64,000 nt of DNA, taken from assembly GCA_937625935.1 (NCBI GenBank), contig OW569386.1, positions 62,001 through 126,000 on the forward strand. Reading direction: 5' to 3'. The translations under genes were made by a program, and so were the position numbers. Numbering within the stretch: position 1 is the stretch's first letter; the number at the start of each line of letters is the position of its first letter. The notes beneath the pieces were generated by a model. That model ran no database searches. It was not told the origin of the DNA and saw nothing but the letters and a program-made list of their open reading frames with translations. This stretch comes from Tetramitus jugosus (taxonomy: Eukaryota > Protista > Heterolobosea). Of this stretch, positions 54,335 through 64,000 are shown in pieces.

Positions 54335-56683
54335 TTATTGGACGTACTGGCATTTACAGTAATGGGGTGGAATGCGCACGTCAGCGCATGTCCGCAGAGG
54401 AGAAATATCATTGGTAAATAGTGAACGACCATAGGGGAGCTTGTCGGCTTCTTCAGGGTAAGTCGGAGTTGCAGACAAGTCCATCACGTGCTTCAATGTT
54501 TCATGAATGTCGTATGCTGTTACCAATCTCTGAGAGTTGATAAGCAAGTTGTCCTTCATCTGGCTATTCTTGCTTAAAATATGGTTGGGTATAAACCAAT
54601 ACTGCAATGGATTCATGTGTTCAATCTTGCCACTCTGCGTCATGATTGGCAAGAGACCACAATGCAAGCCATGATCACTCATTACAACCATGATGGTATT
54701 ATCAAGTTTGCCACTTGATTTCATGTGCGCAATGAATTGAGACAAATCTTCATCCACATCCTGAATGATCTCTCCTGTTAGTTCGTGGCCCTCAATATAA
54801 GCAGAGACAACAAACTTTGGTACATCAGTATAGACATCCCAAAACTTTTTGATGTAGTCAAACGTGTACTTGTGAACAAGCTCACCAGAGAGACATCGAT
54901 GTCGGATACCATAAGGACCATTAATTAGATCATTTGCTGCATTGACTCGCAAGTACTCTGGTAGACAGAACGGAGTGATCGCTTCATGGTCATTATCAGC
55001 AACATATTGATTGTATTTTGCGGTCCAATCTTCGCAAAAGTTGTCCAGTCTAGCAGTGACGTAGCCATTGTCTCTAAATGTATGCCACAGTGGTGGTAAA
55101 ACAGTAGAATTCTTGAACACGGTTTCGACATCTTGCGCCGAAAGGCCATATTTCCCTCTTCCTGTCCACATGGCTCTTGTGTTGTCGTCCGTGCTGAAAT
55201 CTACAGAGTGATATCTAAAGAATTGGAAAATACCTGTTGTATCTGGATTTGAACTGCCGCCATCAGTATACTCCTTTTGAATTGCTTCCATGACCTTGAT
55301 GGTCTTGGGAAACTTTCGTTGAAAATGCTTTCGAGACACAGCGTCCAAGAAGAGTGCCAGAATATTAGGTTTGGACGCAATCTCAGCCTTACTTTTCAAC
55401 TTTTCAGAGATGCGTTCAATGACTTGCTTCTTTCTTCGGGGGAAGAATACAATCTTGGAATGTACTTCCTCAAAATTCTTTGCACACGAAACACGGAAAC
55501 TCTCGTGAGGAAACACATCACTCTCCATCAGATCCAACACAGCTGGATCGCTTCTGGACTTGCATCTCAATCTCTTCTCAACAATTCGCTTCATCATGAA
55601 CTCTTGCATCTTTCTCTTCTCCATAAATTCCCACCCCAACGAAGACGGTATCACCTGGACGTGAACATCCAGCGAGTGAGAACAATAGATTTGCATTTTA
55701 GGTTGATCAGACTCGGTATTGATAAATTCAATGCGAGGCGTATGGTACACACTTGGACAACCAAACCATTGACCCATCCAAAAGTTTTGAACATAGGGCG
55801 GAATAATGTCGAGCCATGCGATGGCTGTATCATCCAAGTGACAAATGGCTGTGTCATGTTTCGTACCACCCACATGAGTGGTGGCGATATTTGTTGTTTG
55901 AGGAGCTTTTGCAGGCAACAATTTTTGTCCAAACAAACCTGCAGCAAACGTCACAGTGCGCCTATTGTACCAAACAAGGAATCGAATTGATCCATAGCTC
56001 AACACGAGTGCTAAAGCAACAATCACACCCTGTCTCAGGCGTTTCTTGGTTAATACTCGCGTCCACAAAAGATAGACTCCATACAGCATAAACAGTACCA
56101 CCTGCGTATAACCAAACACAATCATGAATGCTACAAAATTGAAATAACCGTGATTTTGCATCGAATCATCATGATCCCACGCATAAATCACTGCTACATA
56201 TGCGAGCCACACCACACTCAATATGACCCTGAGTTTTCGATTCAAGTGTGGCAAGAACAACACCAAATCAAACGAAATGATAAAAATAAAGATGCCTGAC
56301 ATGAGATAGCTTCCGATTTGAACGACATGGTCCTTCATCCATTGGAATGTGCCTCCCTGAAGTGACAACATGTAGCAATAGCCAGAGATGGTCAATAGTC
56401 CAAACAAGACAAGAATAGCAACGTCTTGTCTGTGCTTTGGTGGTATTGGTAGTGGTGGAGATGATGATTGTGCGTCATGATCATCATTGCTTGTTGTTGT
56501 TGTTGTTGAATTGGAAATGGACACAACAGTATTCCTACTGTAATAATTGTGATCATTGTTGGTTGTTGTTGTTGAATGAGTAGCGCTATTGCTATTGTTG
56601 TTGTTGTTGTTATTGGTAGGAAGCAAAGAGTACTCGTAGTCAGTTGTTGTTTGGCCATTCAAAGGCCTCTTTTTGATGGACAT
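54335..56683 (-). CDS. DUF229-like alkaline phosphatase/sulfatase superfamily membrane protein
   Basis: About five N-terminal TMs; PNILALFLDAVSRKHFQRKFPKT, LDNTIMVVMSDHG, EHMNP, NSQRLVTAYDIHETL, IPPHYCKC. Confidence 0.85.
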   Translation of the reverse strand: MSIKKRPLNGQTTTDYEYSLLPTNNNNNNNSNSATHSTTTTNNDHNYYSRNTVVSISNSTTTTTSNDDHDAQSSSPPLPIPPKHRQDVAILVLFGLLTISGYCYMLSLQGGTFQWMKDHVVQIGSYLMSGIFIFIISFDLVLFLPHLNRKLRVILSVVWLAYVAVIYAWDHDDSMQNHGYFNFVAFMIVFGYTQVVLFMLYGVYLLWTRVLTKKRLRQGVIVALALVLSYGSIRFLVWYNRRTVTFAAGLFGQKLLPAKAPQTTNIATTHVGGTKHDTAICHLDDTAIAWLDIIPPYVQNFWMGQWFGCPSVYHTPRIEFINTESDQPKMQIYCSHSLDVHVQVIPSSLGWEFMEKRKMQEFMMKRIVEKRLRCKSRSDPAVLDLMESDVFPHESFRVSCAKNFEEVHSKIVFFPRRKKQVIERISEKLKSKAEIASKPNILALFLDAVSRKHFQRKFPKTIKVMEAIQKEYTDGGSSNPDTTGIFQFFRYHSVDFSTDDNTRAMWTGRGKYGLSAQDVETVFKNSTVLPPLWHTFRDNGYVTARLDNFCEDWTAKYNQYVADNDHEAITPFCLPEYLRVNAANDLINGPYGIRHRCLSGELVHKYTFDYIKKFWDVYTDVPKFVVSAYIEGHELTGEIIQDVDEDLSQFIAHMKSSGKLDNTIMVVMSDHGLHCGLLPIMTQSGKIEHMNPLQYWFIPNHILSKNSQMKDNLLINSQRLVTAYDIHETLKHVMDLSATPTYPEEADKLPYGRSLFTNDISPLRTCADVRIPPHYCKCQYVQ

Positions 56684-57050
56684 TGAAGGAAGATGCTGTG
56701 TGTGGATTGTCCTGACTGACAGTGGACTGTTGAACTGTTGTTGGATTGTTTGTGTTGCAGGCAAGATTGTTCTCTCTTTGTGCGGATATTGTCCGCCTGA
56801 TCCGGGGAATCCGGGGAATATTTGACGTTGAATCAGATCGTTCTAACATGAACTTTTCGTAGAGAAACCGCGGGAATTGTTTTCACCCTCTTCTACGGTG
56901 AACGCACAGATGCGCTTCCCTAAATAACTTTACAGTCTGGAACTGAGCTGTTGAAAAGTATTTTTTTCTCTCAGACAAGTGATCGTTACCCTAACAAAAG
57001 CCAAAAAAAGATGTCAAACTCCCTGAACAGAAACCAAAGCACACAACAAC

Positions 57051-58552
57051 ATGAAAAATATGAAATATTCTACTAGTAGCAACCTTCATCCTTTGACACT
57101 TTTGTTGTTATGTTCACTGATAATTGTTCTGACATCTGCACATTCACTGCGGTCAGATCATCAAAATCCCATCAACATTGTGGATATAACACATAGACAA
57201 CATGGCTCCATATCGTCGTCAGATGATAGGGTATTTTCTCAGGTACACACGTCTATTACGGATCAACCTGATGTCTATCAGATTTCATGGTACACAAAAA
57301 CAGTGATGAAGTCCTATGTCAAGTACTATAGCTCGATGAGTAACAACAACAAGGAAAACTGGAACATTACAGACAATGGAAATCAAACCTGTCAACCAAT
57401 GACTCATTGGAGTGGTTGTTATCACCATGTACGGGTATCTATGGCTCCACAAATCAACGTAACTCTGCCCAATCGTTACCTCTACTTCATGGTGGGAAAT
57501 GGTGAGCAATGGCGTGATCAAGTGTTCCAACTGTTATTGCCCCGAAGAAGTCCGACTGTGGACCAGAAGAACGGGCAAGTTCTACCTCTGCAGTCGATAT
57601 GGTATGGTGATATGGGTGTGGGAGCAGATGCAGAAATTACAATGAACTCCATTTTGAAGTACAATCAAAAATATGGAAAGAGCGAGGATGGTACACCGCT
57701 GATTGATGCTTTGTTTCATGTAGGTGATATTGCATACAGTGATGCAAAGAACAACGCAACATGGTACGAGTTCATGGATTTGATTGAGCCATTGAGCACG
57801 AGTTGGATTTATATGACCACTCCAGGTAATCATGATTCTTTCAATAACATGGAAACTTACTTGCAGACGTTCCATATGCCCCACAACGGAGAATATTATG
57901 TGTTGCGCAACTTGTTTGACAAAGTTGCCACGATTGTGAGTCTGTCCACGGAGCAAGCTATCTGGCCGTTTAGTAAACAGAGTGTATGGATGGTAGAGCA
58001 ACTGGAAGCTCTGAATCATGATGCTGCGACTAAATGGCTAATATTATACATTCACAAACCACTTTATTGTTCTAATGAGTGGGACTATTGCAAATTGGCC
58101 TATTTGGGTTTGGAGCGTGAGGAGATCAAGTACAGTATCAGTTATCTCATTCAGAAGTTTAATGTGCATTTGGTGATAGCAGGTCATACACATGCGTACG
58201 AAAGAAGTTATCCTGTCTACTTGGACAGCGTGAAGGGAACGTACGAAAAGCCTTGTGGTATGTTTTGTCTCGTTGACTTGATTGTTGTCCGGAGTGTACT
58301 AGAATACTAACCATGATTTTCATAATAGCCCCTGTTCATATTTATGCAGGTGCTCCTGGATCTTACATGCCATTGGATATAGAGTGGCAGACTGCTGTGC
58401 CTCAGTGGTCAGCGAAACGATTTTCAGAGCTGGGTTGGGGATTGTTGAAGATATACAACACAACTGATCTTGAATGGCAGTATGTGTCTTCAGACACATT
58501 ACAAGTTCTAGATTCAATCCACCTGAAACGTAATGATTTTTCAAGATGTTAA
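57051..58552 (+). CDS. Purple acid phosphatase (intron 58258-58328)
   Basis: Signal peptide, FN3-like N-domain, GDMG, GDIAY, GNHD, HKPLY, GHTHAYER; last exon APVHIYAG. Confidence 0.92.
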
Positions 58553-58832
58553 GCTCCTTAATAAATTGTACAGCTTCTGGGGATGAATATTGTTCTCTGC
58601 TTCTATTCTATTTTATTTTGTGGTGTCCTCATTTGAGCAACCATCAATCATTTCTTTGTGACCAAATGATTGATGGTTGTTCAACTTCTTTAGCTAAAGA
58701 AGATTTGATGAAGATGGTGGTACTGTTCCGATAAAAATCCAAATTCAAGGTCCTTTGAAAAGATCCAAGCAAGTAGAATACAAAGAATTCTTTCAGAAAT
58801 ACATTTTATTGGATCCCATTTGACAATTCATA

Positions 58833-61157
58833 TTACTCCAAAGGTTGGGAAGGGTCTACAATATCTTCATTCTTCGCAAATGGATTGTTGTTCGCGGCAA
58901 ATGACTCCTTTGGATACTTTCTCCACACACTATCGTAAACATTTTCCTTCTTCTTTTGAACAGTCTTTGATTCTTCTATTTTAGTCTGAGATACAGACGT
59001 GGCACTAGTTGGTACTTGTTCCACTACCTTTGTGAAAGAGCTGACAGGGACGTCCTTTCTAATATTTACATACTGTCCCACAGTGTAATCAGTTCTTGGA
59101 ACAGATGAGTATTGGGTTGATGGTGGTGAGTACTCGCGCTTGAACTCCTTCTCCTTGATTGGAGCAGGCTTTTCCTTTGATTCGAAAGCCTCCTTCAACT
59201 TGACATTGGCTCTCTCGGTTAAGTGCAAGTCTCTCTGTTGTCTGAAGAAATCATTCAAGCTATCATTCATGGGCTCTAGAACTTCCTTCATCTTCTCCAC
59301 AATTGTGTCGGCCATTCTCTTCTTAATTGTACCACCGAACAGCTTGACAGCAAGTTTGTTGATAATAGAGTGATTAGACTTCTTGATTGTAATATCCAAC
59401 TTATCAATGTTACACTTGACCGTATGAAGCTCAAGGAAGAGTGGTCGATTCTCCTTCAATATCATCTTCCATTCAATCTTGAAACTCAGTCCTTTACCAA
59501 GAACCTTTACATCAGCAACACCCTCATCAGTCATTCTAGGAATAGCATTTCTGTGGTACCAGAAGTTGATATCGTTGATAGCAAGTCGGATATTGTCTGC
59601 AGACATCTTGAGCTTTGTAATCATGCTATCCTTGTGGTGGTTGTGTCCAAGTTCCACATCGCTAACAAATCTGAGATCGAAACGATCTGGAATAATATCG
59701 GTACCGTTCAATGTCATGTTATCCAAGCGATAGTCATACTTTGGCGTACTTCCTTCAATCATTGGTAATGGCAATGTTTGCAATTCCTTCTCAATCAATG
59801 GAATGAGCATGTCTCTCAATTGACCAACGGATTCTTGAGCCACGAATAGATCAGGTCTTCCTTGTTCATCCATAATGAAATCCTTGGCAAATTGATTAAC
59901 TGCACTACTCAATTTCTGTGTGTCATCGTCATATCGAATTTGGTTCAACAAGTCGCCGAACCCTCTGAACAAGAAGTCAAATCTGGATTGATACTTGTTT
60001 TGCTCCAATCGGAACAGTCTTTGAGCTCTTTCCACAAAGTCCTTTGCTTCTCTCTTTCTAGATTCATCAGTTATCTGATCAGGAGATTCCAATTGTTTCT
60101 TCAAGTACATTCTCAAATCGTGGAGGAATGAAGTGGCATCATTGTCGTTCTGCAGATCATAGTACAGTGACCAGAATTCGTTTTGTAACTTTGTTAAATC
60201 ATTTTCGTTCACGAACTGGATTAACAGATCGTAGGATTCATTGATGATCACCTGAGTTCTATCATTTGGATCCAACTGATTCTGATAGGATTCAAGTTGT
60301 GACAGATTTTTCATTTGAGCAAATCGAGCAGACAGATGTGACACGAGAGTATAGATGTTGTCCAGGGCTCTGTTGTACTGAGGATTGTTCGACAAGAGTG
60401 TCAACATGTTCTCCAATCTATCTTCAAGGCTTCTCTTCTTCTTCTCATCACCAATGTTGCCCTCCTGGAGGTCGTTGACCAAGTCTTGAGCAGTAGATTG
60501 AGTCTGGGACATCTTGGAATCTCCTCTATTGACATCCTTCTTGATTGATTTATTCAATTCATCCCCATGCTTCTCATCAATATCTCGAAGCATCGATTGG
60601 AACAGGTCCATTAAATCAAACAAGAATCCTCTGAAATCACTGGAGCGAATCATGAAGAAAACAACATCACGAATGTTGTTCATTGTTTCCTTGGCCAATT
60701 CCACATCTCTTTCTTGGATTAAGCTTGGTTGATTAGCCAATTGTTGTTCCATTCGTTGAGCAGCGACTCCAGCTGTTTGAGAAGTGTCTCTGCCCAATAG
60801 GTTTGCCTCCTTGACAATCTTTTGCAAGTTTTCGTCTCTGTTCTTGTGTTCGAGTAGTTGTTGAGTGCTTTCGATAATTTCTTGAGCATCGTGAGACAAT
60901 TTCTTTCCTTGATAACTCAACGATCTCTCATTCTCTTCTAAACTTTCCTTGGCGATTTCCAAGGTGCTCTCGATTTCTACGTTGCTTGGCATCTCTCCCT
61001 TTGAGAGTGCACTGGCAACTTGAACAATCTTGGAGTCACCGTGCTTGTAGTCGTGACCAACAGCCACGAATCCAGAATCCGTTTCTTTGATGATCTTCTT
61101 TTGATTAGTATCTACAATAATGTCCTTGTTTTTAACTTCAGTTTTATAGTCAACCAT
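58833..61157 (-). CDS. HAM1-like helical protein with C-terminal BPI/TULIP-like domain (DUF5923/DUF4449-like)
   Basis: ALSKGEMPSN.EI, LS.QGKKL..D, KN.DE.LQ, LP.IEG....YD..LDN, D.GVADV, IDKLDI.IKKSNH patterns recalled from this fungal/amoebal family. Confidence 0.7.
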   Translation of the reverse strand: MVDYKTEVKNKDIIVDTNQKKIIKETDSGFVAVGHDYKHGDSKIVQVASALSKGEMPSNVEIESTLEIAKESLEENERSLSYQGKKLSHDAQEIIESTQQLLEHKNRDENLQKIVKEANLLGRDTSQTAGVAAQRMEQQLANQPSLIQERDVELAKETMNNIRDVVFFMIRSSDFRGFLFDLMDLFQSMLRDIDEKHGDELNKSIKKDVNRGDSKMSQTQSTAQDLVNDLQEGNIGDEKKKRSLEDRLENMLTLLSNNPQYNRALDNIYTLVSHLSARFAQMKNLSQLESYQNQLDPNDRTQVIINESYDLLIQFVNENDLTKLQNEFWSLYYDLQNDNDATSFLHDLRMYLKKQLESPDQITDESRKREAKDFVERAQRLFRLEQNKYQSRFDFLFRGFGDLLNQIRYDDDTQKLSSAVNQFAKDFIMDEQGRPDLFVAQESVGQLRDMLIPLIEKELQTLPLPMIEGSTPKYDYRLDNMTLNGTDIIPDRFDLRFVSDVELGHNHHKDSMITKLKMSADNIRLAINDINFWYHRNAIPRMTDEGVADVKVLGKGLSFKIEWKMILKENRPLFLELHTVKCNIDKLDITIKKSNHSIINKLAVKLFGGTIKKRMADTIVEKMKEVLEPMNDSLNDFFRQQRDLHLTERANVKLKEAFESKEKPAPIKEKEFKREYSPPSTQYSSVPRTDYTVGQYVNIRKDVPVSSFTKVVEQVPTSATSVSQTKIEESKTVQKKKENVYDSVWRKYPKESFAANNNPFAKNEDIVDPSQPLE

Positions 61158-61424
61158 GTTTGCTTGTTTGTTGTGTTATGTACTTTGCTTTGTGATTATG
61201 CTCGAAATATGAGACAGAGCTCTTTGGTTATATAGATCTTGAACAGAGCTAATACTGGCCGATTGTTCTATCATGTCTAAAAAAAGTATGTGAACACCCG
61301 GTGTTGTAATGGCATTCCAATAACGAAAATAACCCTTCACTTCGTTACGAATATGAAATCGACATCTATTTTCATGACTCGAAGAAGGAGGAATCGACGC
61401 ACAGTTGATCATCACTGGAGGAAA

Positions 61425-62999
61425 ATGATGAAGAGACTCTTGCTCAACTCTGCCCTGACCAGACTGGCATCCACAAAGACCACGCGTTCTGTTGGACGAC
61501 ATCTCCATCCAGAAAAGAATGGTCCACAGAGTCACATGAAGAAATCTGTGGTTCATCAGAAGAAGAGTAGGCAAGGTCACTCGAAAGAGAAGAAGGACAC
61601 CCATCATGAAGAGCCAAAGATAATTACCAAAAAAAGAGAAAGGTTGTTGAGATACACCTGGAGTTTCTTGTTCTTTGGTGTTCCGGTATTTCTCGTGTGG
61701 GATGAGTCTCAAGATGTTGAAAGAGTGGTGGAGGCGATTGAGAAGGGATCAGGTGTACAATTTCATGAGCAGGTAATGATCGCCCCAGTCAACTTGATAG
61801 ATCGAAGAAGCAGTATCGAAAAAATTCAACACATTATTAAACCAAAAAAGCAAAAGGGACCAGAGATGACCACCTTTTGTGTCATCACAGGTTCAACAGG
61901 CAGTGGCAAAACTACATTGATTGAGCAGGTGGCCAAGGAGATGGGAGAACGATTTGTGTTTATTCAGTTTGACAACAAGGGATCGAGGATGAAGGATCAC
62001 ATTATCCAACGATATGCCAAAGTGTTAAACTATCACCCTTTGATGAATGAGGAGGATTTACCCTTTTGGAAACCCTTTCTCTACAAGTTACAATCATCAG
62101 TTGCGCGAAAAACTCAGAGCAACATTCTCTCTGTGATGAAGAAGGCTTGTGGCATCATTCAGGAGAGAGATATAGAGAGACAGCAGGCGGATCCTAATTA
62201 CATCCCGAGAGTGCCCGTGTTTTGCTTTGATAACATTAATGCTTTGGTCGATGATAACTTGGAGACCTTACTTGATCAGTTTGAGGCCTCAAAAGATGCC
62301 ACTGACAAGAGATTGTACGCCAGTATCTATACACTCAATGACGCCAAAACTTTTCATATCCTGGAAGATGAAGAAGGGTTCTCTAGAGTAAATCAGCAAA
62401 TTGAAGTTAGGGATGTCAACTATGACACTGCAAAGGAATACATGAAGGAAGAAATGATTTTAGGTGAAGGATGTACAGTTGAAGATATAGATATGTTAGT
62501 CGAACAGTGCTGTGGTGGTCATTTGTTGTCCATTCAAAGCATGATCTTTCTGAGAAATTCTAGAGGCTTGAATGCGGAACAGTTGGTGGCATACGATGTA
62601 CACAAGATTAGTCTCAGAGCTTCCAAGTTTAACTTGGGAAGAAAACATCCCACTAGGTATGCAACAGCAGTGTGGAACTTACTCTATCGATTGTACGTGA
62701 GTGAAACGGGGGCTCTTTCAGAAGATGAAGCAAAGGAAGCTCTCCAACTCGAAGTGGACAAAGAAAATATGAACATGAAGTGGAAAGAGGAATTGGTTGA
62801 GGAGATTCTGGATGAGATGATCAGTAAGAACCTAATTTCTCGTGATTTACTCTCCAATAGTGTTCGGTTCCACCACAATACTGTTCGAACATATGTTCGT
62901 AATCAAATTTCGGTACACGAAACCAAGTTGGCTGCTATCCTTGAAGAATCACTTCCTAAAGATGAGGAGAATGAAGGCCACCCAACCTCCAAAAAATAA
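61425..62999 (+). CDS. Membrane-anchored P-loop ATPase (AAA+/archaeal-ATPase-like), probably mitochondrial
   Basis: Basic presequence-like N-terminus, one TM, Walker A GSTGSGKTT, Walker B FCFDN, CGG helix. Confidence 0.75.
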   Translation: MMKRLLLNSALTRLASTKTTRSVGRHLHPEKNGPQSHMKKSVVHQKKSRQGHSKEKKDTHHEEPKIITKKRERLLRYTWSFLFFGVPVFLVWDESQDVERVVEAIEKGSGVQFHEQVMIAPVNLIDRRSSIEKIQHIIKPKKQKGPEMTTFCVITGSTGSGKTTLIEQVAKEMGERFVFIQFDNKGSRMKDHIIQRYAKVLNYHPLMNEEDLPFWKPFLYKLQSSVARKTQSNILSVMKKACGIIQERDIERQQADPNYIPRVPVFCFDNINALVDDNLETLLDQFEASKDATDKRLYASIYTLNDAKTFHILEDEEGFSRVNQQIEVRDVNYDTAKEYMKEEMILGEGCTVEDIDMLVEQCCGGHLLSIQSMIFLRNSRGLNAEQLVAYDVHKISLRASKFNLGRKHPTRYATAVWNLLYRLYVSETGALSEDEAKEALQLEVDKENMNMKWKEELVEEILDEMISKNLISRDLLSNSVRFHHNTVRTYVRNQISVHETKLAAILEESLPKDEENEGHPTSKK

Positions 63000-63556
63000 G
63001 GAGAGTCCAACAAATGAATCAATCACCAACAAGATGTTGTTGGAGCGGATTTTCGAAACGATCGTTCGATTGAAATTACCTGACATTAATGATACGATTC
63101 AGTGGCACATTTCTCGAAACAAACAGTCGAACCAATGCCTGATTTTCTGAAACCAGTGTTAAAAGCTGTTGAAGAAGCAACAAAGTTTCATTTCAATAGG
63201 TAGAACACAACATGATTATGAGCATGCTGTACCAAAGAGAAAAAACAATACTCAGACCCAGAATCTTACATTCAGAAGGGTCACAGATTACAGAGGCATC
63301 AACAACTATTACAAATATACCATTGGTTGTTTGGTGATTCTGATCCAGAAACAGGAACCAAACACTTGTTTAACCATTTCTGATATATCAGAAGTTCGAT
63401 AAATAAATGAAGCCTGTAAGTAAATTTATCCGATTACAACAGCCTGAATAATCAAATATGAGCAATATGAGGTATCTAATGATACTACTAAGACAAGAAA
63501 ACATCATGAACAAGAGCGGTATACACTACTATATTCCTTTTTACACATTCCATCCC

Positions 63557-64000
63557 CTACTCCTCCAACACCATCAAATAACAATCCGGATTCTCTATTC
63601 TCTTATAAAACTTGTCCAACCGTCTCTTCTTCTCGAATCCCAACCGTTCATAGAACCGTACCGCTTCTTCATTACTCACTTGCACATGCAAATACACTTG
63701 ATCAATAGAGAGTGCCTGTTCTTGCTCCATCCGACACGCATCACGCATCACCTGTCGCATCAACATTCGACCTATACCCTGACTCCTGTACGGTGCCAAC
63801 ACTGACAATGTCATGACGTACAATCTCAAATGAGCTCTTCCATCATCTGGCAGCTGTAGATTGGGTAAATCTGGAAAACACTTGTCATGGGGCACACTTG
63901 CATTCCACTTGATGGTTTCGAGGCGACATCCCACACCTCCCACCACTAGGTCATCACTCCTTGCGAGATAGGACATACCAACGTTCACCATTTGAACATA
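63557..64000 (-). CDS. GNAT N-acetyltransferase, NAA50-like (5' partial)
   Basis: LYVMTLSVLAPYRSQGIG, YLHVQVSNEEAVRFY...GF, FYKRIENPDC. Confidence 0.85.
   Translation of the reverse strand, partial: YVQMVNVGMSYLARSDDLVVGGVGCRLETIKWNASVPHDKCFPDLPNLQLPDDGRAHLRLYVMTLSVLAPYRSQGIGRMLMRQVMRDACRMEQEQALSIDQVYLHVQVSNEEAVRFYERLGFEKKRRLDKFYKRIENPDCYLMVLEE

Noticed and set aside
5090-61157. Apparent cluster of lipid-transfer genes (VASt, ACBP, OSBP, two START-like, BPI-like)
   Set aside because: Scattered among unrelated genes and drawn from large families; no evidence of a functional cluster.
1-64000. CRISPR arrays, rRNA, transposases, viral genes
   Set aside because: No repeat-spacer structure or diagnostic motifs; repeats are microsatellites or intragenic coding repeats.

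Overview
Gene-dense, AT-rich eukaryotic genomic DNA from a protist. Short GT-AG introns, Gln/Asn/Ser/Thr microsatellite tracts and RGS-START and RCC1 families suggest a Naegleria-like heterolobosean amoeba; this is inference only. The window holds about 38 protein-coding genes, mostly housekeeping (RPS21, TCTP, ACBP, DDX41, DYRK kinase, OSBP, ALDH, CorA, OSCA/TMEM63, UBX, LMBR1, purple acid phosphatase, NAA50-like), plus one tRNA-Lys(CTT). No CRISPR array, rRNA or intact transposon was seen. The standout is a tandem pair of secreted precursor genes (11164-11838, 12607-13407). Each has a signal peptide, a shuffled array of Pro/Arg/Tyr-rich cassettes ending in 'SD', an acidic linker whose charge matches the next domain, and a cationic Gly-rich amphipathic beta-hairpin repeat ending in a bacterial outer-membrane-protein-like beta-signal (WGVGASASFRF). 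This looks like a candidate attacin-like antibacterial polyprotein system in an amoeba. Also notable are a secreted candidate toxin with DUF5648-like repeats, an F-box/Rab-like GTPase fusion, an FH1-less formin and a possibly dead RecD-like helicase domain. All family calls come from motif recognition by eye; no database search was run.
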